A stretch of 64,000 nt of DNA. Origin: Chthoniobacterales bacterium (lineage in GTDB: Bacteria; Verrucomicrobiota; Verrucomicrobiia; Chthoniobacterales; Chthoniobacteraceae). The stretch is from the NCBI GenBank assembly GCA_038207335.1, contig JBBQZX010000022.1, positions 31,109 to 95,108 of the forward strand, in the 5' to 3' direction. The first letter of the stretch is position 1; each line of letters starts with the position of its first letter. The notes under the pieces are model-generated. The model made no database searches and was not told the origin of the DNA. It saw only the letters and a list, made by a program, of their open reading frames with translations. Of this stretch, positions 9,681-17,992 are shown piece after piece. Both the position numbers and the translations under genes were made by a program.

Positions 9681-10475
9681 ATGAAAATACGCTTCTTCCT
9701 CTACGCATTGGTCCTCGCTGTCTCAGCACCGATTTCTTCCATCCGGGGGGCGGACTTTGCCCCGATTTTCAATGGACGCGACCTCACCGGTTGGCGCGGG
9801 CTTGACGGGCTTTGGCGGGTCGAGGAAGGCGCGATCGTCGGTGAGACGACAAAGGAAAAGCCGATCACCGAAAACACGTTTCTCGTGTGGCAGGGCGGCG
9901 ATGTGGCGGACTTCGAGTTCGTCGCGCAGGCGCGGTTCAAGGGAGCGAATTCCGGCGTGCAGTATCGCAGCGCGGTGATCGACGCGGAGAAGTTCGTGCT
10001 CTCCGGCTATCAACTCGACATGCACCCGAGCCCGAATTTTTACGGGATGCTCTATGGCGAGAAATATGGGACGCGGGGGAAGATCGCGACGCGCGGACAG
10101 CGTGTCGAAGTGGGTGCGGATGGGAAGGTGACGAAGCTCGGCGAGGTCGGAGACAAGACGAAGTTCACCGACTGGGAGTGGAACACGGTGCGCATCGTCG
10201 CGGTCGGCGGCCGGCTGATTCATCAGGTGAATGGCATCACGACGATCGACGTGACGGATCACGACCCGACAGCGATGGCGGCGGGTGTGCTCGGGCTGCA
10301 ACTGCACAAGGGCGGGCCGATGCGCGTGGAGTTCAAGGATCTGAAAATGCGCGCGCTCGATGCCGGGCAGGGCGCGGAGGTGCTGAAGGAATTTGCCGGT
10401 GCCTCCGCAGCTCCCGCATCCGATGGGGGCAAGGAGGAAGCGCCCGCGCCGAAGCCGAAACGGAAGGCGAAATAG
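9681..10475 (+). CDS. DUF1080 family (3-keto-glycoside hydrolase-like) secreted protein
   Basis: IFNGRDLTGW, WRVEEGAIVG, ANSGVQYRS, EWNTVRI, GLQLH and VEFKDL. Confidence 0.9.
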   Translation: MKIRFFLYALVLAVSAPISSIRGADFAPIFNGRDLTGWRGLDGLWRVEEGAIVGETTKEKPITENTFLVWQGGDVADFEFVAQARFKGANSGVQYRSAVIDAEKFVLSGYQLDMHPSPNFYGMLYGEKYGTRGKIATRGQRVEVGADGKVTKLGEVGDKTKFTDWEWNTVRIVAVGGRLIHQVNGITTIDVTDHDPTAMAAGVLGLQLHKGGPMRVEFKDLKMRALDAGQGAEVLKEFAGASAAPASDGGKEEAPAPKPKRKAK

Positions 10476-10556
10476 TCCGCAGATGCAGAGGACGGCGACC
10501 ATCTTTTCGTGATGGCGGGCATTCATACGCCGCTGCCGACCGCGCAGCTCCCGCCC

Positions 10557-11225
10557 TCAGCCCGGGATCGTCGCGTGGAAAATCCCGCTCCACGGCCCAG
10601 GCTGGTTATTCTTCCCGATCCAGCGAAAGGCTAGAAACACCGTCTTTCCGATATCCGTCACCTGATAATCCGCGCGATACGGCATCCGGCTCTCCATAGC
10701 CAGAAAGGCCATCGTCTCCGGGTCCACCGGCTCCGTGCCGCCGATTTGCTCGCGGATTTCCACACAGCGCGCGTTCGCGGGCTTTGCCAGGGTATCCGGC
10801 GTCGGGCTATTGGCCACGAAGAGGCGCAGGATCGTGCGCGTCGAGGTATCCACCTTTGCCAGAGTCGGCGTCGTATCCGGCGTCGTGCTCGGCGTATGCG
10901 TTCCCTTTGGGATCGTCACATGCGCCGCCGCCCGGTCGGCGTCCGTCATTAGCGGATTCTTCTGGATCACGCCGGCAGCCTCGCGGATCAGCTTCTCGAA
11001 GTCTGTGCGCTTCGTATCCTTATCCTGCGTCGCCGAGCGGAATGCCGCCTTTGCGTTATTGAAGCCGATAAACGAATAGACCCACGCGGTCGAGGTGGCG
11101 TTGAGCGCCGCTATCTGTGCCGGGGAAAGCCCGCGAGTGGGGCCGGTGCTATTGACCCACGCTACGAAGGCAACGGCAAAGTCGGCAAAAAGGTCGTCGT
11201 TGGGGGGGATGAAGTCTTGAGACAT
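10557..11225 (-). CDS. Hypothetical protein (helical N-terminus, FN3-like C-terminal domain ending GPWS)
   Basis: 222-aa ORF with an A/C-rich leader. The C-terminal FRWIGKNNQPGPWS resembles an FN3-type last strand. Confidence 0.75.
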   Translation of the reverse strand: MSQDFIPPNDDLFADFAVAFVAWVNSTGPTRGLSPAQIAALNATSTAWVYSFIGFNNAKAAFRSATQDKDTKRTDFEKLIREAAGVIQKNPLMTDADRAAAHVTIPKGTHTPSTTPDTTPTLAKVDTSTRTILRLFVANSPTPDTLAKPANARCVEIREQIGGTEPVDPETMAFLAMESRMPYRADYQVTDIGKTVFLAFRWIGKNNQPGPWSGIFHATIPG

Positions 11226-11347
11226 GATAGGGGTATGTTTGGGGTTGGTTGAAGGTCGGAGCCCAACAGCAATTTCGCCTTTTGCAAACCCTAATTCTAC
11301 ATTTCCACACGCATCGCCGCCCTCCCCTGCGGCGCATTGGCAAACGG

Positions 11348-11494
11348 CAAAGATCCGTTCTTTGCCACCAAAGACTCATTCTTCGCCTCCAAAGAGCCAA
11401 TCTCCGCTTTCAAAGACTCCACCGCTGCTCTCGAAGACTCCACCGCTGCTTTCAAAGACTCCACCGCTGCTCTCAAAGAATTCGTTTTTGCCCG
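11348..11494. repeat. Degenerate tandem array of seven 21-nt units (core CAAAGACTCCACCGCTGCTYT)
   Basis: Units start at 11348, 11369, 11390, 11411, 11432, 11453 and 11474. Units 4-6 are nearly identical. Confidence 0.9.
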
Positions 11495-11614
11495 GTGAAA
11501 ATGCTGGGCTGCGGAAGAAGTCGCACGAGAGCTCCAACGGCGTTCCATCCACCAGCCCACGGTTGGCGCGCCGCAGACGCGCCTGCACTGGGACCTGTAC
11601 AGCGGGAAGCCCCT

Positions 11615-11740
11615 ACCCTGAAAGGGTTGCATCCCCCACGGAGATGCAACCCCTTCAGGGTTGTCTCACATGGTGGCGTCCCCCCCGGGGTAGCTCCTGC
11701 GTCGCAACCCCGGGCTGCAAGATGAAACGCCGTTGGCGTT
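11615..11740. repeat. REP-like multi-hairpin palindromic element
   Basis: A 19-bp inverted repeat (11615-33 / 11643-61, one mismatch), a second stem CCCGGGGT..ACCCCGGG and a third stem AACGCC-GTT-GGCGTT. Confidence 0.75.
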
Positions 11741-11789
11741 CTTCACAGACTGACCGCTGACACTTTGGCGCGAGCTTTTACACGGACTC

Positions 11790-12542
11790 TCACACCGCAG
11801 ATGTCACTTCCGGGCTGTCCGCTGCCGGTCGCCACTCGGGGTTGAAATCCAGCGCCTTCTGCACCCGCGCGCCCCAGGAAGAATCCACCCCCACATGCTG
11901 CACCAGCGAGGGCTCATGCACCCAGATCGGAGTCGGCGCGAGCGAATATCGCGACCCCCGCAACTCCGGCGACGCCCCCGGCACCGAAAGCGCCAGCGGA
12001 CCCCCGAAAATCAACGCCAGCCGCTGCGATACCGCGCCGCGCACCGAACCCCACCGCTCCATCGCCCACCGTGCCCCGCCCCGCCGCAGCAAGAGCGCCT
12101 GCGCCCCCAGAAAAGCCCCCGGCAACGCCGCAAAAGCCCGTGGTATCAACCCCCAATCCGGCACCCACCGCAGCGAGGGATTGAAAAGCGAGGCCATCAT
12201 GCAGCGCTCATCCTCCAGTGCCGGCCAGCTCGCCACCAGCTCGCGCAGCAGGGGGTGAAACTCCAGGTCATCCTCCAGAAAGAGCATCCAATCCTCATCG
12301 CTGCCCGGCTCATTCAACGCCGCAATGACGTTTTTGCCAAAAACGGTCGTCAACCGATCCATCCGACCCGGAGTGCCCCACTGCTCGCCCGGCATCTCCG
12401 GAAATCTATCCACTTTCACGGAAATATAGTCCGGCCACCCCAGCGCCCGCCAGCGCTCCACGGTATCCACCATCATCGGCTCTCGGCTGGGGCAGGTCAT
12501 CATGTGGACTTTGGGGAGTTTGTTCATCATTATTTTGTGCAC
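11790..12542 (-). CDS. Putative GT-A-type glycosyltransferase-like protein
   Basis: Acidic motif LFLEDDL, GAQALLL and C-terminal PSLVQHVG..S resemble GT-A/GT25-like enzymes. Confidence 0.55.
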   Translation of the reverse strand: MHKIMMNKLPKVHMMTCPSREPMMVDTVERWRALGWPDYISVKVDRFPEMPGEQWGTPGRMDRLTTVFGKNVIAALNEPGSDEDWMLFLEDDLEFHPLLRELVASWPALEDERCMMASLFNPSLRWVPDWGLIPRAFAALPGAFLGAQALLLRRGGARWAMERWGSVRGAVSQRLALIFGGPLALSVPGASPELRGSRYSLAPTPIWVHEPSLVQHVGVDSSWGARVQKALDFNPEWRPAADSPEVTSAV

Positions 12543-12722
12543 CTACCACTACGGCTGGCTGATTTTCCAAGTAAAAATGCGCTTTTCCCGCCTCGTCCCC
12601 CCTTTCTCCCGCACTCACTCTTCTCTGAAAGAGCCCCATTCTTCGCCCTCCCGCATCCATTCTCCGATACGATGCTCAGCATTCCCCCCGAACGCCGCAG
12701 AGCCCCCGAGCCACTGGGGAAA

Positions 12723-12965
12723 TTATTTCTTGGCCGCGACATTGCTCGTGTCCTTCGCGACTGCACTCGGCTTTTTGACCGTCTCGGATTCCTCCGCGTG
12801 GACGGCCGGCTCTTTGATCGGTCCGAGGTGCTCCCTGCCTCCGGCAGCCCGCTTTTTATCGCTGGCGGCCTTCCCCATTTTGCGCGGCGCCTTGATGATC
12901 CGCTTTTGCGCACGGAAGAGTTCTTTGAGTTGGGTGTAGAGGTCTTTGAGGGTTTTGCGTTGCAT
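12723..12965 (-). pseudogene. Truncated, diverged YciF/DUF892 ferritin-like remnant (80-aa open frame)
   Basis: KTLKDLYTQLKELFRAQKRIIKAPRKMGKAASDKKRAAGGREHL follows the YciF N-terminal pattern (TLxDLY..ELKDLYSAEKQIIKALPKMAKAA..L..EHL). The second half of the bundle is missing. Confidence 0.65.
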
Positions 12966-13187
12966 TGCATACAGCAATTGGATCTCGCTGCCCGCGAGGC
13001 CGTCAGGGAGCCACCGGATCGAATTGTCAGGAACGCCTCGATCGAGCTGCCAATGCCAGGAGCGCTCCCTTTTCCCAGCGCGCTGTGGAAGGCAGCGTGA
13101 AAAATGTCCGAATCACGGTCGCCCCGTGCTGTTAGAAGTCAACGTCTGGTCTTGCTCCTTTTGAGTCCGCGCGTTCCACCTACCCCT

Positions 13188-14807
13188 ATGTCCATGAAAC
13201 TTGTCTCTGCCATTCTTGCCCTTGCCGCCCTCCTGAGCGTCGCGTCGTCCGCGGCCGACAAGCCGAACATCATCGTCATCCTCGTCGATGACATGGGCTT
13301 TTCCGACATCGGCTGCTACGGCTCGGAAATCCCCACGCCCAATATCGACGCGCTGGCAGGGGACGGGTTGCGCTTTACGCAATTCTACAACACGGGTCGC
13401 TGCTGCCCCACGCGCGCTTCGCTGCTCACCGGGCTCTATTCGCACCAGACCGGCATCGGCCACATGACTGAGGACCAGGGCGAGCCCGGCTATCTCGGCC
13501 ACCTCAATGACAATTGCGCGACCATCGCCGAGGTGCTGAAACCGGCGGGCTATTTCACCGCGATGTCGGGCAAGTGGCACGTCGGACAGGAGGCGGGGGT
13601 GACGCCGTGGGGCAGGGGATTCGAGCGCAGCCTGAATGCGCCGGCGGGCGGCTTCTACCAAGCGGGCACGCCGAGGTCGAAGCTGTTCCTCAATGGTGAA
13701 GCTCTCGCGAACGACGACGCGCGGCTGCCGAAGGACTGGTACACCACCGACCTGTGGACGACGTATGGGCTGAAATTCATCGACGAGGCGCGGGAGGCGA
13801 AGAAGCCGTTTTTCCTCTACCTTGCGCACAACGCGCCGCACTTCCCGCTCCAGGCTCCGGCGGAGGAAATCGCGAAATTCCGCGGCAAATACAAGGAGGG
13901 CTGGGACAAGATGCGCGTGCAGCGCAATGCGAAGCAGATCGAACTCGGGCTCGTGGACAAAGCCTGGCCGATCGCGCCGCGGCCCAATGGCGTCGCGGCG
14001 TGGGACAGCCTGACGGATGAGGAGAAGGACCGCTTCGATCACCTCATGGCCGTCTATTCCGCAGTGGTCTGGCACATGGACAAAGCCATCGGCGATCTCG
14101 TCGCCGGGCTGAAAGAGCGAGGTGTGCTCGACAACACGCTCATCCTTTTCATGAGCGACAATGGCGGCAACGCAGAGTCCGGGCCGAAGGGGAAAACCAT
14201 CGGTGATCCGACGACGGCCGGCTCGAGTTGGTTCTGCGGCGAAAGCTGGGCTCTGCTGGAAAACACGCCCTTCCGCCGCTACAAACACTTCAACCACGAG
14301 GGCGGCATCGCCACTCCGCTGATCGTGCACTGGCCGGCGGGGATCGCGGCGAAAAATGAATTCCGTCAGCAGCCCGCGCATCTCATCGACATCATGGCGA
14401 CGTGCGTCGATCTCGGCGGCGCGACTTACCCGAAGGAACTCAACGGCAAGCCGATCACGCCGATGGAAGGTCGCAGCCTGGCTCCCGCCTTTGCCAACCA
14501 GCCGATCGAGCGCGACGCCCTCTATTGGGAACACGAGGGCAACGCCGCGGTGCGCGTCGGCGATATGAAACTCGTGCGTGCCGGAAGAAACAGCGCGTGG
14601 GAACTCTACGACCTGAAAGCCGACCGCACCGAGCAACACGACCTCGCCACCGCGCAGCCCGATCGCGCTGCAGAACTTGCCGCAAAATGGGAGGCGTGGG
14701 CGAAGCGCGCGCAGGTGCTGCATCATCCCGACAAAGGCGGAGGTAGAAATGCGAAGCGGCAGGCCCGGCAGAAAGCCACCGCCAATGCGCCCGCGGTGAA
14801 GCCATGA
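13188..14807 (+). CDS. Secreted arylsulfatase
   Basis: KPNIIVILVDDMGFSD, CCPTRASLLTG, GKWHVG, NAPHFP and SDNGG. Start at 13188 or 13194. Confidence 0.93.
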   Translation: MSMKLVSAILALAALLSVASSAADKPNIIVILVDDMGFSDIGCYGSEIPTPNIDALAGDGLRFTQFYNTGRCCPTRASLLTGLYSHQTGIGHMTEDQGEPGYLGHLNDNCATIAEVLKPAGYFTAMSGKWHVGQEAGVTPWGRGFERSLNAPAGGFYQAGTPRSKLFLNGEALANDDARLPKDWYTTDLWTTYGLKFIDEAREAKKPFFLYLAHNAPHFPLQAPAEEIAKFRGKYKEGWDKMRVQRNAKQIELGLVDKAWPIAPRPNGVAAWDSLTDEEKDRFDHLMAVYSAVVWHMDKAIGDLVAGLKERGVLDNTLILFMSDNGGNAESGPKGKTIGDPTTAGSSWFCGESWALLENTPFRRYKHFNHEGGIATPLIVHWPAGIAAKNEFRQQPAHLIDIMATCVDLGGATYPKELNGKPITPMEGRSLAPAFANQPIERDALYWEHEGNAAVRVGDMKLVRAGRNSAWELYDLKADRTEQHDLATAQPDRAAELAAKWEAWAKRAQVLHHPDKGGGRNAKRQARQKATANAPAVKP

Positions 14808-14858
14808 GAATCGCCTCGCGCTTTGATCGTCACTTTCACACACACCAAAACGCATCCC

Positions 14859-16241
14859 ATGAAACAGCTCCCTCACTTCCTCCTCGCGATCTGCGCCCTG
14901 ACCGGCGCCGCATCTGCCGCGGATGCGCCACGGCCGAACATCGTCTATCTCCTCGTCGATGATCTGGGCTTCGCGGATGTCGGCTTCAATGGCAGCAAGG
15001 ACATCCGCACGCCGCAGATCGACAAGCTCGCGAAGGAGGGCGCGATCCTCGCCGACTTCTACGTGCAGCCCGTGTGCTCGCCGACCCGCGCGGCGCTGCT
15101 GACCGGACATTACGCCACCCACACGGGCGTCTATTCGATCGTGCGGCCGGGTGCGCCGTGGGGGCTGCCGCTCGCGGAGCGCACGCTTCCGCAATCTTTG
15201 CGCGAGGCCGGCTACACGACGGCGATCTGTGGAAAGTGGCACCTTGGTGAGTTCAAGCCGGACTACACGCCGACGCATCGCGGCTTCGAGCACCAATACG
15301 GCCACATGTTCGGCGCGATCGACTACTTCACCCACATGCGCGACGGGAAACCCGACTGGTATCGCGACGACAAGCCGCTGAAAGAGGAGGGCTACTCGAC
15401 GAATCTCATCGCGAAGGAGGCGTGCCGCATCATCCGCGAGCAGCCCGCGGACAAGCCGCTCTTTCTCTACGTCCCGTTCAACGGCGTCCACGGTCCGCAT
15501 CAGGTCCCCGAGAGTTACAAGAAGGCCTATCCCGATCTCAGCGGCGTGCGGCAGACGATGGCGGGAATGGTCTCCGCCGTGGATGAAGCCATCGGCCAGA
15601 TTTCGGCCGCGCTCGATGAGAAAGGTCTGAGCAAAAACACGCTCATCATTTTCTCCAGCGACAACGGCGGTCCCAACCCCGGCAAGGTGACCATGAACAC
15701 GCCGCTGCGCGCGGGAAAGGGCACGATCTATGAGGGCGGGATGCGTGTGTGTGCCTTCGCGACTTGGCCGGGGAAAATCCCCGCCGGCATCACGATCAAG
15801 GAACCGATGCACGCGGTGGACTGGCAGCCCACTTTCCTGAAACTCGCGGGTGTCACCGCGGAGCAAAAGCTCCCGTCCGACGGGCTCGATGTGTGGCCGG
15901 TGCTTGCGCAGGGCGCGAAGTCGCCGCACGACGCGATCCTCCTCATGGGCACGACTCCGGGACGTGCGGCCATCCGGATGGGCGACTGGAAACTGCTCAC
16001 GAACGCGAGCGAGAAGGACGCGGAGGAATCGGAGGACGGCGACCTGAAAGCCAGGGGCAATGTGGAGCTCTACAATCTTGCGGACGACATCAGCGAGAAG
16101 ACGAACCTCGCCGCTTCAAACCCGGAAAAGGTAAAGGAACTGCGCGCGCGACTGGATGTGTTTCTGAAGGGCGCGGTGCCACCCGGCGGTGGCCCTGCGG
16201 CCAAGGGCGCGCTGCGGAAGCGCAGGGCTGCCGGGAACTAG
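14859..16241 (+). CDS. Secreted arylsulfatase (arylsulfatase B-like)
   Basis: RPNIVYLLVDDLG, CSPTRAALLTG, GKWHLG, SDNGG and YEGGMRV. Confidence 0.93.
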   Translation: MKQLPHFLLAICALTGAASAADAPRPNIVYLLVDDLGFADVGFNGSKDIRTPQIDKLAKEGAILADFYVQPVCSPTRAALLTGHYATHTGVYSIVRPGAPWGLPLAERTLPQSLREAGYTTAICGKWHLGEFKPDYTPTHRGFEHQYGHMFGAIDYFTHMRDGKPDWYRDDKPLKEEGYSTNLIAKEACRIIREQPADKPLFLYVPFNGVHGPHQVPESYKKAYPDLSGVRQTMAGMVSAVDEAIGQISAALDEKGLSKNTLIIFSSDNGGPNPGKVTMNTPLRAGKGTIYEGGMRVCAFATWPGKIPAGITIKEPMHAVDWQPTFLKLAGVTAEQKLPSDGLDVWPVLAQGAKSPHDAILLMGTTPGRAAIRMGDWKLLTNASEKDAEESEDGDLKARGNVELYNLADDISEKTNLAASNPEKVKELRARLDVFLKGAVPPGGGPAAKGALRKRRAAGN

Positions 16242-16593
16242 AGCAGGATTGCGTCCCGCCACCTTTGGCCGGTCGCGCAGCCTGGCACCGTTCACTTTCC
16301 CGCGCGTTCCTTTGCGGTCAGTCTCTGGATGCGGATGCGAAGCCAACTGCCGCACCTTCCTGCGGCGCCGTCCAGACCTGCACCGGTCCCGGTCGGCCCG
16401 CGCGTCCCGGATCGGAGGCTCAATGTCAAGCGGGGCTCGTGCGACGGCAGTGGGTGACGGTCTGAGGAGTGACGCCGCAGGTCAGGCGAAGATAGGAAAC
16501 ACGGTTGGGGCGAAAAGGTGAGGGTAAGGTGCCGCGACGGAAGCTGGTGAAGCCTGAGCGGGGCAGTTGCCGCGGGCTCAGACGCCCGCTACA
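16239..16593. repeat. Long imperfect intergenic palindrome with REP-like (GTAG-type) end
   Basis: CCTGCGGCG (16359-67) pairs with CGCCGCAGG (16473-81), and CAGACC pairs with GGTCTG. The right end is the hairpin GCGGGC-TCAGAC-GCCCGC-TACA. Confidence 0.5.
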
Positions 16594-16608
16594 ACTCACA
16601 TTCCCCCG

Positions 16609-17937
16609 ATGAGATTCCTCTTCCCACTGCTCCTCCTCGCACTCGGCCTGCCCGCAGCGGCTGCAGAACAAAAGCCGAACATTCTCTGGCTGATCGCCGA
16701 GGACATGTCGCCGGATGCCGTCGCGTGTTACGGCGGCACGCAGGTCTGGACGCCGAATATCGACGGGCTCGCGCGCGATGGCGTCCGCTATACACGCGCT
16801 TTCACCACCGCGCCGGTCTGCTCGCCGAGCCGCTCGGCTTTTATGACCGGCATGTACCAGAATGCCATCGGCGCGCAGGATCACCGCTCGAACCGCAAGG
16901 GGGAGAATCCGCTGCCCGCTGGCGTCCGCGTGCTGACCGAGTGGATGCGCGATGCGGGCTACTTCACCGCGAATCTGGTGCAGATGCCGGGGAGCTTTCA
17001 CTTCAAGGGCACGGGCAAGACCGACTGGAATTTCACCCCGCCCGCGAAGCCCTTCGACTCCGCGAAATGGAACGACCTCGCCGGGCATCAGCCGTTTTTC
17101 GCGCAGATCAATTTTCACGAGACGCATCGCAAATTTAACGGCCCGGAGAAGGCCGACCCGGCAAAGGTCGCGCTGCCGCCCTACTACCCCGATCATCCCG
17201 TCGCCCGCGCCGACTGGGCGCGCTATCTGGATGCCGCGAGCGAGCTGGATCGCAAGATCGGACTGATCCTCGCGCAGCTCGAAAAGGACGGGCTCGCCGA
17301 GAATACCATCGTGATGTTCTTCGGCGATCACGGTGAGGCGCATGTCCGCGGGAAGCAGTTCTGCTACGAGGAAGGGCTGAGCATTCCGCTCATTATCCGG
17401 TGGCCGAAAGGGGCGCCCGCGCCGTCGCAGATCGCGCCGGGCAAGGTTGATGAGCGTTTCATTGAGGCGATCGACTTCGCGCCGACGATGCTCGCTTTCG
17501 CCGGGGCGAAAAAGCCCGACAAGATGCAGGGCCGCATCTTCCTCGGCGAGCAGGCGGAGGCCCCGCGCGCGATGGTTTTCGGCGCTCGCGACCGCTGCGA
17601 CGAGACGGTGATGCGCATCCGCTCGGTGCGTGACGCGCGCTACCGCTACATTCGCAACTTCATGCCCGAGGTGCCCTTCCTTGCCCCGAACAAATACAAG
17701 GAAGACGAATACCCCGTCTGGAACCTCCTCAAACAACTCCACGCTGAGGGCAAGCTCACGCCCGTGCAGGATTTTCTCTGCCAGCCCCAACGCCCCGCCG
17801 AAGAACTCTACGACCTCGAAAGCGATCCTTACGAAATCAACAACCTCGCAGCCGACCAGGCGCACGCCGATCCCCTCGCGAGCCTGCGTGCCGCGCTCGC
17901 GCAGTGGATGGCGAAAACGCTCGGGGAGAAGAAGTGA
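16609..17937 (+). CDS. Secreted sulfatase (sulfamidase-like subgroup)
   Basis: KPNILWLIAEDM, CSPSRSAFMTG, GDHG, ARDRCDE and EELYDLESDP. Confidence 0.92.
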   Translation: MRFLFPLLLLALGLPAAAAEQKPNILWLIAEDMSPDAVACYGGTQVWTPNIDGLARDGVRYTRAFTTAPVCSPSRSAFMTGMYQNAIGAQDHRSNRKGENPLPAGVRVLTEWMRDAGYFTANLVQMPGSFHFKGTGKTDWNFTPPAKPFDSAKWNDLAGHQPFFAQINFHETHRKFNGPEKADPAKVALPPYYPDHPVARADWARYLDAASELDRKIGLILAQLEKDGLAENTIVMFFGDHGEAHVRGKQFCYEEGLSIPLIIRWPKGAPAPSQIAPGKVDERFIEAIDFAPTMLAFAGAKKPDKMQGRIFLGEQAEAPRAMVFGARDRCDETVMRIRSVRDARYRYIRNFMPEVPFLAPNKYKEDEYPVWNLLKQLHAEGKLTPVQDFLCQPQRPAEELYDLESDPYEINNLAADQAHADPLASLRAALAQWMAKTLGEKK

Positions 17938-17992
17938 CCTGCGGGCTGCCGCATCTCGCTATTTTTCATCCAACTCCACCCGACGCATCCGC

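Noticed and set aside
11348..11494. Possible CRISPR array
   Set aside because: The units are contiguous 21-mers with no unique spacers, and no cas genes are present.
11765..11782. TGGCGC as another sigma-54 promoter
   Set aside because: It lacks the -12 GC and has no appropriately oriented downstream gene.
13113..15929. 938-aa minus-strand ORF and similar long antisense ORFs (e.g. 16426..17865, 25470..26903, 27971..29566, 39436..40917)
   Set aside because: They are antisense shadows of well-supported genes in high-GC DNA and have no motifs of their own.
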